64,000 bases of DNA, taken from IMG/VR virus record IMGVR_UViG_3300037524_000956, one strand, 5' to 3'. Numbering within the stretch: the stretch's first letter is position 1; every line of letters starts with the position of its first letter. Of the stretch, positions 9,347-16,909 are shown piece after piece. Made by a program: the position numbers and the translations under genes. The DNA is from an uncultured virus (IMG/VR IMGVR_UViG_3300037524_000956). Lineage: Duplodnaviria > Heunggongvirae > Uroviricota > Caudoviricetes. Below the pieces are notes generated by a model that did no database searches, was not told the origin of the DNA, and saw only the letters and a program-made list of their open reading frames with translations.

Positions 9347-9517
9347 ATGTTAGTCCCACTGCGCGAAAAGAAAACTCAGCGCTCTATCATACTCCCTGAC
9401 AGGATTTGGGAGTTTGTTAAAGAGCATTTTGCCACCATAGGTGTAGACAAAGTATCATACACTGAGGGTGTTAGATACTTTCTGGAAGAAGCCTACCAAA
9501 GAAAGAACCAAAAATGA
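9347..9517 (+). CDS. Putative ribbon-helix-helix regulator (56 aa, not in ORF track)
   Basis: GGAG RBS; MLVPLREKKTQRSIILPDRIWEFVKEHF...SYTEGVRYFLEEAY; ATGA overlap with the next gene. Confidence 0.55.
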   Translation: MLVPLREKKTQRSIILPDRIWEFVKEHFATIGVDKVSYTEGVRYFLEEAYQRKNQK

Positions 9518-10395
9518 AACTATCTCCTACTGCCAAAGCCCCGTTAATAAAAATGCTCTTCATGGGGCAGTCCGGCGAAGGCAAAAGCACTTCAATCGTC
9601 CCCTTAGGTATCCCAGGGTATTTAGACAACCCTGGATACGAGCTGCGGGTGTTGGATTTCGACAGCAAGTTTGAAGAGGTCGTGCGTAGCACCCTCGCCC
9701 GGTTTGTTAAAGAAGGGTTAATAACTCAAGAGCAGCACGATAAAGCTCTTGTTGAGAATTACGACATTTGCCCCTGCAGCGAAGAGCAAAGCGTGGTGTC
9801 CGCCCGCGAAGGCAAACGCACAGTTAAAAAGCTCGGCATCAACACCGCAACTGCCTGGAGTACAGCGATTAAGCAGTTGGAAAAATGGTCTCCAACCCTT
9901 AACGAAAAGACCATTTTAGTTGTTGATTCTTTCACGCACGCTGTGCGGGCCATTATCAATTTCACCCAGGAATTAAACGGCAAGTTAAATCAGTCTCTTG
10001 AGTGGAGAGACTACCAAGACCCGCAGCACCTTGCTGAGTCTTTAATGTTTGCTTGTGCAGACTTCCCCTGCCATGTTATCGTAACCGGTCATGCTGATCC
10101 GATTGAGATTAACAAACCCACTACCCAAGTCAACGACAAAGGGGAAGTGGTGGATGAACTGGTAGACGTGCAGATGTGTCCTATCTCCGTCGGCAAAGCC
10201 GGGCGGGTTAAACTTCCCTCCCGCATGAATCATCTCCTCGTGGCGTCTTCCGAGGGTAAGGGCGCAGTATCCCGGCGGTACGTTTACACTACACCCCGCG
10301 TAGGGATTATTACCAAAACACCTTTCTACGGAATGTGTGAGTCACGCTACCCGTTGGATAAGGCACTTGTTGAGTACTTTAAATTGAGAGGATAA
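9514..10395 (+). CDS. Sak4-like / AAA_24 RecA-fold ATPase (putative recombinase)
   Basis: Walker A GQSGEGKST, VLDFD, Walker B LVVDSFT, HVIVTGH; next to an SSB-like gene. Confidence 0.7.
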   Translation: MKLSPTAKAPLIKMLFMGQSGEGKSTSIVPLGIPGYLDNPGYELRVLDFDSKFEEVVRSTLARFVKEGLITQEQHDKALVENYDICPCSEEQSVVSAREGKRTVKKLGINTATAWSTAIKQLEKWSPTLNEKTILVVDSFTHAVRAIINFTQELNGKLNQSLEWRDYQDPQHLAESLMFACADFPCHVIVTGHADPIEINKPTTQVNDKGEVVDELVDVQMCPISVGKAGRVKLPSRMNHLLVASSEGKGAVSRRYVYTTPRVGIITKTPFYGMCESRYPLDKALVEYFKLRG

Positions 10396-10402
10396 ACGAC
10401 AA

Positions 10403-10427
10403 TACAAAACAACCAGTCAGTTTCATA
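10403..10427. promoter_or_regulatory. Dispersed palindromic motif, copy 2
   Basis: TACAAAA-CAACCAGTCAG-TTTCATA, intergenic. Confidence 0.6.
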
Positions 10428-10462
10428 AATACGTTTCCATATCCAACAAACAGGTTATAACC

Positions 10463-11056
10463 ATGAAAATCGCTGATCTTTTGAAAACAAACGCTTCTTC
10501 TTTCAAAGCCCCCTCCCGCTTCCCTGAAGGCAACTACGTAGTCGTTATCACGTCTTATGACATGATTCCGTTCTTTTGGAAAAAGTCCGGCGTTCATGGA
10601 TTGGCTTACGTCCCTACAATTCGCCCCGTTTCCTGTATCGAAGCTGACGACGATTCCAACCCGGATTTACAGTCAGAGCAGCTTGCCAAGCTCAACGAGT
10701 TTGGTGACTGGACCGCCCGCGAGTTCCAGTTCGCCTACACCTCTCGTGACACGCAGCAGAAAATGGCCGGCGTTTCTGCAGTCAACTTCCCTATCATCGA
10801 GACTGACGAGCGTGGAGACGTAATCGGGATTCTTGACAAGCACGCCTGGCGGTTTTACTTGCGCTCTGACAACGGCGACCAGCAGGGCTTTGTTGTTGAC
10901 GTGCTTGGTCTTAACTACCCTGAAGGTGAAGAACTTGGGACTATTTTGGAAGACACCGTGGGTAAGAAGTTTATCGCCACGTTTGGGTATGAAGCTAACC
11001 CGAACGACCCGACTCGCCCGGCAAACCTTACGATTCAGTCCGTAACCCAGGCTTAA
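10463..11056 (+). CDS. Putative single-stranded DNA-binding protein
   Basis: PxGxY N-terminal motif (PEGNYVVVI) and position after the Sak4-like ATPase. Confidence 0.5.
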   Translation: MKIADLLKTNASSFKAPSRFPEGNYVVVITSYDMIPFFWKKSGVHGLAYVPTIRPVSCIEADDDSNPDLQSEQLAKLNEFGDWTAREFQFAYTSRDTQQKMAGVSAVNFPIIETDERGDVIGILDKHAWRFYLRSDNGDQQGFVVDVLGLNYPEGEELGTILEDTVGKKFIATFGYEANPNDPTRPANLTIQSVTQA

Positions 11057-11064
11057 CCCTTACG

Positions 11065-11091
11065 GGCCGGAGGTTTTTAACTCCTCCGGCC
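11065..11091 (+). terminator. Terminator-like hairpin
   Basis: GGCCGGAGG-N9-CCTCCGGCC followed by a pyrimidine run. Confidence 0.6.
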
Positions 11092-11115
11092 TTACTCTCT
11101 TAAAGGTACATAAAA

Positions 11116-12627
11116 GTGTTCAAAAACACCCTAGTCCAAGTCCTTGTCGATGACATTATTATAGACCGTAGTACTCGCCAACGGTCAGAACTCACATTCG
11201 ATTCCGTTTTATCCTTAGCCGTTTCCATCGGACGGTCTCAGTGGATTTCCCCCGTCCTTATCGACAAGGACACAAATTACTTAGTCGCCGGCGAACGTCG
11301 GCTAACTGCTGTTAAAGCCTTACGGGCAGCCACCGATGGTAACTACTCAGGCTTCAGCAATACCCTGGAGGCACGAGACGCCCTATTCCCTATTTGCACT
11401 TGTCAAGTAGACTCTTGGCAAGGCTGGAATAAAATCCCGGCGCAGCTCGGTTCTGACTTCACCTCCACCGACCTGGCAATGTTTGAATTTATAGAAAATG
11501 CTCAGCGTCAAGACTTACCCTGGCAAGACCGAGCCAAAGCCATTTACGACATTTATTGTAAGGGCTTATCCGAGTATAAAGACTGGACCGCTGTGCAAAC
11601 TGCTAACCTCATCGGTATTCACAAGGCAACCGTTACCGAGTCTTTACGAGTTTGGCGCTTGTTCGCAGACGAAGACGCTGAGGCTGACGTAAAGACAATT
11701 ATTAAAGAGGCCCCAACTTTAAAGTCCGCCGCGCAAACCCTCGAGCGATACACTTCCCGCCGTGGCCAGGACGTGACTCTTACTTCAATGGTGCCACGGC
11801 CTAAGGCGGATAAACCCCTTGTCAACAAGCCTGGACCCATGGCTGCAAAGCCACTTGGTGCAAAGTATTACACCAAACCTGGCGAAGTAATAGATTACGA
11901 AGAGTACGAAGAGCCTGAAGAAGAACTTTCACTATCCGACAAGCTTATTCTTAACCAAGACTTTACAACCTGGGCGCCCCTCTACACCGGCGAGCCGTTT
12001 AACTTTATCCACTGCGACTTCCCTTACGGCATTTCCTTCAACACCGGCGAGTTTACCTCCGGTGTAAGCAACACCATCCTCGGTGACTACGACGATTCAA
12101 GTGATGCGTATTGGAAGCTGTTAAATTGCCTTAGAGACAATAACCACATCATCGCCCCGCAAGCGCACATAATGTTTTGGTTTTCTCAGAATTTCCGCCG
12201 GGAAACTGAGGACTTTTTTAAAGCGATAGGTGGAACCGTTCAACCTTTTTTAATGATCTGGCATTGCGGCGATGGAATAGTCCCTGACCCTCAGCGCTAT
12301 GGCCGGCGTACTTACGAAACCGCAATGCTTGTTTCCTTCGGTGATCGTAAGATTGTAGCTCCTCGCGCACTTTCCATAGACGGCTCTCGTGAAGCAAACT
12401 CTCGCATCCATCGGAGTCAAAAGCCCATCCACATCCTTAATCATTTCTTCGAAATGTTTGTTGATAGTTCCTCTTCCGTCCTTGATCCAACTTGTGGCTC
12501 AGGTACAAGTTTAATAACTGCCCATCGGTTAAAGGCTAATCGTGTCGTGGGACTAGAAAAAGATGCAGGTATTTACGAAAATGCCTGTAATTACATTAAC
12601 TCTATGGATACCATTGTGGCACTTTAA
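11116..12627 (+). CDS. ParB-like (N-domain plus HTH) fused to a beta-class N6A/N4C DNA methyltransferase
   Basis: LVAGERRL, ENAQRQDL, HTH TAVQTANLIGIHKATVTESL; MTase motif IV HCDFPYG precedes HRSQKP and motif I VLDPTCGSGT. Confidence 0.85.
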   Translation: MFKNTLVQVLVDDIIIDRSTRQRSELTFDSVLSLAVSIGRSQWISPVLIDKDTNYLVAGERRLTAVKALRAATDGNYSGFSNTLEARDALFPICTCQVDSWQGWNKIPAQLGSDFTSTDLAMFEFIENAQRQDLPWQDRAKAIYDIYCKGLSEYKDWTAVQTANLIGIHKATVTESLRVWRLFADEDAEADVKTIIKEAPTLKSAAQTLERYTSRRGQDVTLTSMVPRPKADKPLVNKPGPMAAKPLGAKYYTKPGEVIDYEEYEEPEEELSLSDKLILNQDFTTWAPLYTGEPFNFIHCDFPYGISFNTGEFTSGVSNTILGDYDDSSDAYWKLLNCLRDNNHIIAPQAHIMFWFSQNFRRETEDFFKAIGGTVQPFLMIWHCGDGIVPDPQRYGRRTYETAMLVSFGDRKIVAPRALSIDGSREANSRIHRSQKPIHILNHFFEMFVDSSSSVLDPTCGSGTSLITAHRLKANRVVGLEKDAGIYENACNYINSMDTIVAL

Positions 12628-12630
12628 GGT

Positions 12631-12963
12631 ATGAACAAAATCCAATTACAGCAAAGGGCTGATAACAGGCAAGCTATAATAGACGCATTAAATGCAAACC
12701 CGGCGGGACTGCTGTCAGCAGAAATTGCTGAAATAACTGGAATTTCTGTGCTTACTGTTAAGCGTTTACTTGTCGGGCTTCGTGGCAAAGGATTGGTATT
12801 TAGTAAAGACTTACAGCAGCGAAGTCACACTCACCGTTGGAGTATTAGTAACTTGCCTCCTCCCCCTCCACCAGTCGTAACAACCGACATACCTTACCCC
12901 AACCTTGATAAAGACCATGAAGAATGGCTTAATACTAAAAAGCCTGTTTACAATCCAAGGTGA
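12631..12963 (+). CDS. Winged-helix DNA-binding protein
   Basis: GLLSAEIAEITGISVLTVKRLLVGLRGKGLV. Confidence 0.7.
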   Translation: MNKIQLQQRADNRQAIIDALNANPAGLLSAEIAEITGISVLTVKRLLVGLRGKGLVFSKDLQQRSHTHRWSISNLPPPPPPVVTTDIPYPNLDKDHEEWLNTKKPVYNPR

Positions 12964-13217
12964 AAACCATGAATATTGACAACATCCTTTACGCACCTGA
13001 CACCGACCCTATTAAAGTAAAATTCCAACTGGAAAAAATTTTAACCGGGGTTGAAGTAGAATACCGCTGGCCTCGCGAACCGCTGTTTCAGTTCAACATG
13101 CGTTGCTATAACGAGGCTGGAGACACACTTAAAGTTATCCGCTACGGATGGTGCGAAAAACAAAACAAGTGGTTTTTTGAAGACGTTACGCCGGAGGTGC
13201 AAAATGAAACGGTATAG
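12960..13217 (+). CDS. Hypothetical protein
   Basis: ORF in operon; start at 12960 or 12969. Confidence 0.6.
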   Translation: MKTMNIDNILYAPDTDPIKVKFQLEKILTGVEVEYRWPREPLFQFNMRCYNEAGDTLKVIRYGWCEKQNKWFFEDVTPEVQNETV

Positions 13218-13497
13218 GTTTGTAAAAGGTTTTGCACTCGGTCTTACCCTTGGTGTAAGCGGGACGTTTATTTATAACTGGGATGTGAGCGCCGGCACAT
13301 ACGCCAAGTACAAGCTCGGTGAGAAGGGTTCCGCCGGTGCTGTGGACACCCACGTAGTTCCGCCGGCGAAGCTTTTTCATATCACCTGCATCGGTTCGGA
13401 AAAAGACTGCGGGCGAGAGATACATTCTATTCCAGTCCCCGGAACGCTTTGGCTATTCGGGGCGGGACTGGTTGCGATTTGGAGAATTAAGTCATGA
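13204..13497 (+). CDS. Secreted protein with a PEP-CTERM/VPxP-CTERM sorting signal
   Basis: GGAGG RBS, N-terminal signal-like peptide, C-terminus IPVPGTLWLFGAGLVAIWRIKS. Confidence 0.75.
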   Translation: MKRYRFVKGFALGLTLGVSGTFIYNWDVSAGTYAKYKLGEKGSAGAVDTHVVPPAKLFHITCIGSEKDCGREIHSIPVPGTLWLFGAGLVAIWRIKS

Positions 13498-13748
13498 ATG
13501 AATTTAGTGTAACAATCGAAGGTTTTAACGATTTATCTCCTGCTGAGCAAGAGTCAATGCCACAAGTGGGCAAACAATACGCATCTTATATCCGGGTAAG
13601 GTGTTACGGCGAAACTGTTATGTTAAAGTCTGACGCCATTGAACCAGAGGACAAAACATTTTTCAGAGAATTATCCTGGATTAAAGAAGCTTTAGAACAT
13701 GCCTATGAAACAGGGTTTGAGGATGCTTCACAGGAATATTGGAATTAA
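13494..13748 (+). CDS. Hypothetical protein
   Basis: GGAG RBS, ATGA overlap. Confidence 0.7.
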   Translation: MNEFSVTIEGFNDLSPAEQESMPQVGKQYASYIRVRCYGETVMLKSDAIEPEDKTFFRELSWIKEALEHAYETGFEDASQEYWN

Positions 13749-14828
13749 ATGCCAACTAAAATAGCCTTTGTGGGTGAAGCTTGGGGTGAGCAAGAAGCCA
13801 GGCTTCAATCTCCATTCGTCGGAGCCGCTGGCCAAGAGCTTGCTCGAATATTATTTCACGCCGGCTATCCGTGCCAGTTCCTACCTTACAACTTTAGCTC
13901 CGCAGTTAGAATGTTGAGCTACTGGAACAAGTTTCCCTACCCGCTATTAAGCGTGTTCAACGCTCGCCCGCCGGAAAACAACGTGGAGTTCTTTTACGCA
14001 AAGCCTAACACTTGCGAGGTGTCTTCTTTACTCCCTTCCCGGCGGATTGATAACGCTATTCACCACCTTAAGCTGGAATACGAATCGCACGTTATTCAGT
14101 TGCACGAAACGCTTAAGGAATTAAAGCCTAATGTGATTGTTACGTTAGGTAATACAGCATTATGGGCCTTGGGACTGCCTCCAAGTATTTCTAAATTAAG
14201 GGGAAACGTAGTTGATACACCCTTCGGGAAGGTGCTTCCTACCTTTCACCCGGCAAGTGTGCTTCGGAACTGGAGCCAGCGAATCGTGACCGTGCTGGAT
14301 TTACATAAAGCCCTTCGTGAAAGCGAATACCCTGAAGTAAGAACACTGTCTAGGGAGATATGGACACAACCCTCAATCGAAGACCTTTACAAGTGGTGGG
14401 AGCTGTACGGTTCGCAGGCGGAGCTACTTGCCTTTGATATTGAGACAATACGTAATAGTCAAATATCAGAAATATCTTTCGCCGCCGACTCAACTCATGC
14501 CCTGCACGTTCCTTTCTTTTGGAAAGAATCAGGGAAATTTGTAAACTGGTGGCCGGATGCAAAGACTGAATTTGAAGCATGGAGGTTTGTAAAGATTGTA
14601 CTTGAATCTGATGTGCCTAAGATCGGGCAGAATTGTATGCAGTATGATTCCTACTGGTTAGCTAAGGAAATGAAAATCGGGGTTAAGAACATAACTCATG
14701 ACACCATGCAGATGAGTCATGCGTGGGCGCTTGAGTTAGAAAAGTCTTTAGGATTCTTAGGGAGTATTTTCCTTGACGAACGGAGTTGGAAAGGGATTCG
14801 TAATGAGACAAGTAAACAAAACGATTAA
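13749..14828 (+). CDS. Family-4-like uracil-DNA glycosylase fused to the N-terminal part of a DEDD 3'-5' exonuclease
   Basis: GEAWGEQE, PFVGAAG, VTLGNTA, PTFHPASVLR; ExoI AFDIET, ExoII GQNCMQYD, HDTM. Confidence 0.85.
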   Translation: MPTKIAFVGEAWGEQEARLQSPFVGAAGQELARILFHAGYPCQFLPYNFSSAVRMLSYWNKFPYPLLSVFNARPPENNVEFFYAKPNTCEVSSLLPSRRIDNAIHHLKLEYESHVIQLHETLKELKPNVIVTLGNTALWALGLPPSISKLRGNVVDTPFGKVLPTFHPASVLRNWSQRIVTVLDLHKALRESEYPEVRTLSREIWTQPSIEDLYKWWELYGSQAELLAFDIETIRNSQISEISFAADSTHALHVPFFWKESGKFVNWWPDAKTEFEAWRFVKIVLESDVPKIGQNCMQYDSYWLAKEMKIGVKNITHDTMQMSHAWALELEKSLGFLGSIFLDERSWKGIRNETSKQND

Positions 14829-14837
14829 GGTAAATTG

Positions 14838-15029
14838 ATGAAAATGCTACGAATATTAAAAGCTAAAGATAGCCACATGTGGTATTCAAAGCTTATCGGG
14901 AAGACTGTTCCTTATATAGGGCAATGGCCGGAAGCATATAAAAGCCGAGAGCCTGCTGGCTATGTAAATATTGTAGAGTTTGATGATGCTGAGATTATTG
15001 AAATAGATTCAAAATTTAACGAGCAATAA
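14838..15029 (+). CDS. Hypothetical protein inserted between the polymerase halves
   Basis: AAGG RBS, AT-rich 63-aa ORF. Confidence 0.6.
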   Translation: MKMLRILKAKDSHMWYSKLIGKTVPYIGQWPEAYKSREPAGYVNIVEFDDAEIIEIDSKFNEQ

Positions 15030-15032
15030 CTA

Positions 15033-16838
15033 ATGCAAATCCTCAACACCTCCACCTCCCTCCCTTCATCACCCTTCGACAAGCTTGCTTTATATTCCGG
15101 GCTGGATGTTTTAACTCTGTTCGAGATTAAAGACGGGTTATTACCACTCATGGACGAGCATCGCCTTTCCACTTACAACTTCGAGATGGAGTTGCAAGCG
15201 CCCCTTTTAAGCATGTCCTTCGCCGGCCTCCCTGTCGATGAGTCAGCCCGGCGGGAAATGGCTGTCCAGTTCTCTAAAGAACAAGTCCAATTAACAGCCG
15301 TTATTAACCAGATGCTTGAAGCCATTGGGTATTTTAATTATTATCGCAATATGGCTGTTTTAGAATTTTCACCTTACGCCCCTGGCATAGACTTACCAAC
15401 AACCTGGACCGAGTGGCTAGAGCTTCCTCTTCAAACCCGCCGGGCTTTAAAAGAGGCTGCGCCAGAGGCTTTAGTTACATTCCAAAAGGCTATTAAGGAA
15501 TTCTCCGAGCCATTCAATCCTAACTCCCCTGCCCAAAAGCTCCGACTGTTCTACCACTTCTTTGGCTCCCCTGCCAACACCACAGCCTTACCATACTTTA
15601 TCCCTCCTCCCTGGTTAAAAACTCACGGTATACCTGAGTACAAATCCCGAAACGTAAAGGGAGATTACACCCCTGCCGTTGATCGGGAAGCCCTTGAGAA
15701 AATAATTAAGTCTTCAGGGGAAGAGAAACTTGCCACCACCATAGCCGCACCTTTTGCACACGTTTGCCTTGCAATTAGCGACCTATCAAAGTCACTCGGG
15801 TTTCTCAACTGCAAATTAGAGCATGGACTTTTTAAATCATCTTTCGGTGCGGTTACAGAAACCGGGCGATTAGCTTCTCGCCAGAACGCTCAAGGATTCG
15901 GTTCAAACGGTCAGAATGTAACTCCTAAACTCCGGCACATTTTCGTAAGTCCGCCGAAAGAGAAGTTTATCGTATGCGACTATGCTCAAATCGAGTCCCG
16001 TATAGTCGCGGCAATTTGTTTTCGTTTATTCGGCCTTGAGAACTACATCGCCGGGACTGAGTCAGGAGACCTTCACTCCTTGGCTGCCTCAATGGTGTGG
16101 CCTGACCTGCCGTGGCCGGAAGATTTTAAGATCGAGTGGTGTATCAAACACGGATCCTTCCCAAAGGATTTACTCAAGGCTGCAAAGAAGCTTGCCTCCG
16201 CTCCGTTTTACCGAGGCAAGTCCCGCCGGGACGTGAGCAAGACTTTAGGCCACGGAACTTCTTACTGTGGCAAACCACCACAAATGAGCAAGCACTCCCA
16301 CATCGAGGTTAAGTTAATCGAGCATTATCAAGAAGTGTTTTTCGATGCGTTCCCTGAGATTGCTAAGTGGCATCGGTGGGTGGCTGAGCAAGTGCAAACC
16401 ACCGGTGAAATAACTACCATGCTTGGCAGAACTCGCCGGTTTTTCGGTCGCCCTAATGACGACGCTACAATTCGGGAAGCAGTTGCTTACGAGCCACAAT
16501 CTGTTGCGGCGGACTATTGTAACAGGGCGCTTTTACGTTTACATAGCATGGGCGATAAATTCCCTGGTGTAATCCGACTATCAAAGCACGACGAATTAGT
16601 TACTACTTGTGCGGAAAGCTTGGAAGAGCAGGTTATAAAAACAATGCACGAGCAGATGGAGGAGCATATTACCCTTACCTCCCCCGGCGGAAAGACACGA
16701 GACTGGTATGTACCTGCGGAGGCGGAAAGTGGATGGAACTTAGGGCGTAAGTCCGAAAGCAATCCCAACGGCATTAGTCACCCTTTAGACGGGCGAACGC
16801 GAGTGGTGGCCGGCGGGTGGCAAAGTTGGAAGTTGTAA
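15033..16838 (+). CDS. polA: Family A DNA polymerase (polymerase part, with ExoIII at its N-terminus)
   Basis: TETGRLAS, NGQNV, motif A CDYAQIESR, motif B RDVSKTLGHGTSY, PQSVAAD, motif C KHDEL; N-terminal YSGLD. Confidence 0.92.
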   Translation: MQILNTSTSLPSSPFDKLALYSGLDVLTLFEIKDGLLPLMDEHRLSTYNFEMELQAPLLSMSFAGLPVDESARREMAVQFSKEQVQLTAVINQMLEAIGYFNYYRNMAVLEFSPYAPGIDLPTTWTEWLELPLQTRRALKEAAPEALVTFQKAIKEFSEPFNPNSPAQKLRLFYHFFGSPANTTALPYFIPPPWLKTHGIPEYKSRNVKGDYTPAVDREALEKIIKSSGEEKLATTIAAPFAHVCLAISDLSKSLGFLNCKLEHGLFKSSFGAVTETGRLASRQNAQGFGSNGQNVTPKLRHIFVSPPKEKFIVCDYAQIESRIVAAICFRLFGLENYIAGTESGDLHSLAASMVWPDLPWPEDFKIEWCIKHGSFPKDLLKAAKKLASAPFYRGKSRRDVSKTLGHGTSYCGKPPQMSKHSHIEVKLIEHYQEVFFDAFPEIAKWHRWVAEQVQTTGEITTMLGRTRRFFGRPNDDATIREAVAYEPQSVAADYCNRALLRLHSMGDKFPGVIRLSKHDELVTTCAESLEEQVIKTMHEQMEEHITLTSPGGKTRDWYVPAEAESGWNLGRKSESNPNGISHPLDGRTRVVAGGWQSWKL

Positions 16839-16844
16839 CGTATG

Positions 16845-16869
16845 TATGAAACTATTAGGCTGTTTCGTG
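16845..16869. promoter_or_regulatory. Dispersed palindromic motif, copy 3
   Basis: TATGAAA-CTATTAGGCTG-TTTCGTG; AGTTTCATACATAC shared with copy 1 in the opposite orientation. Confidence 0.65.
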
Positions 16870-16909
16870 TTGCCTATAAACTAGCAAAACAACTAAAGGA
16901 AATTCCAAT

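Noticed and set aside
12313..12337. Sixth copy of the palindrome (TACGAAAC...GTTTCC)
   Set aside because: Spacing is off by one, the right arm is poor and it lies in coding sequence
14829..15032. Group I intron, intein or stop-codon reassignment in the polymerase gap
   Set aside because: The gap is short, holds a plain ORF with an RBS, shows no intron core or intein motifs, and TAA is the normal stop throughout the genome
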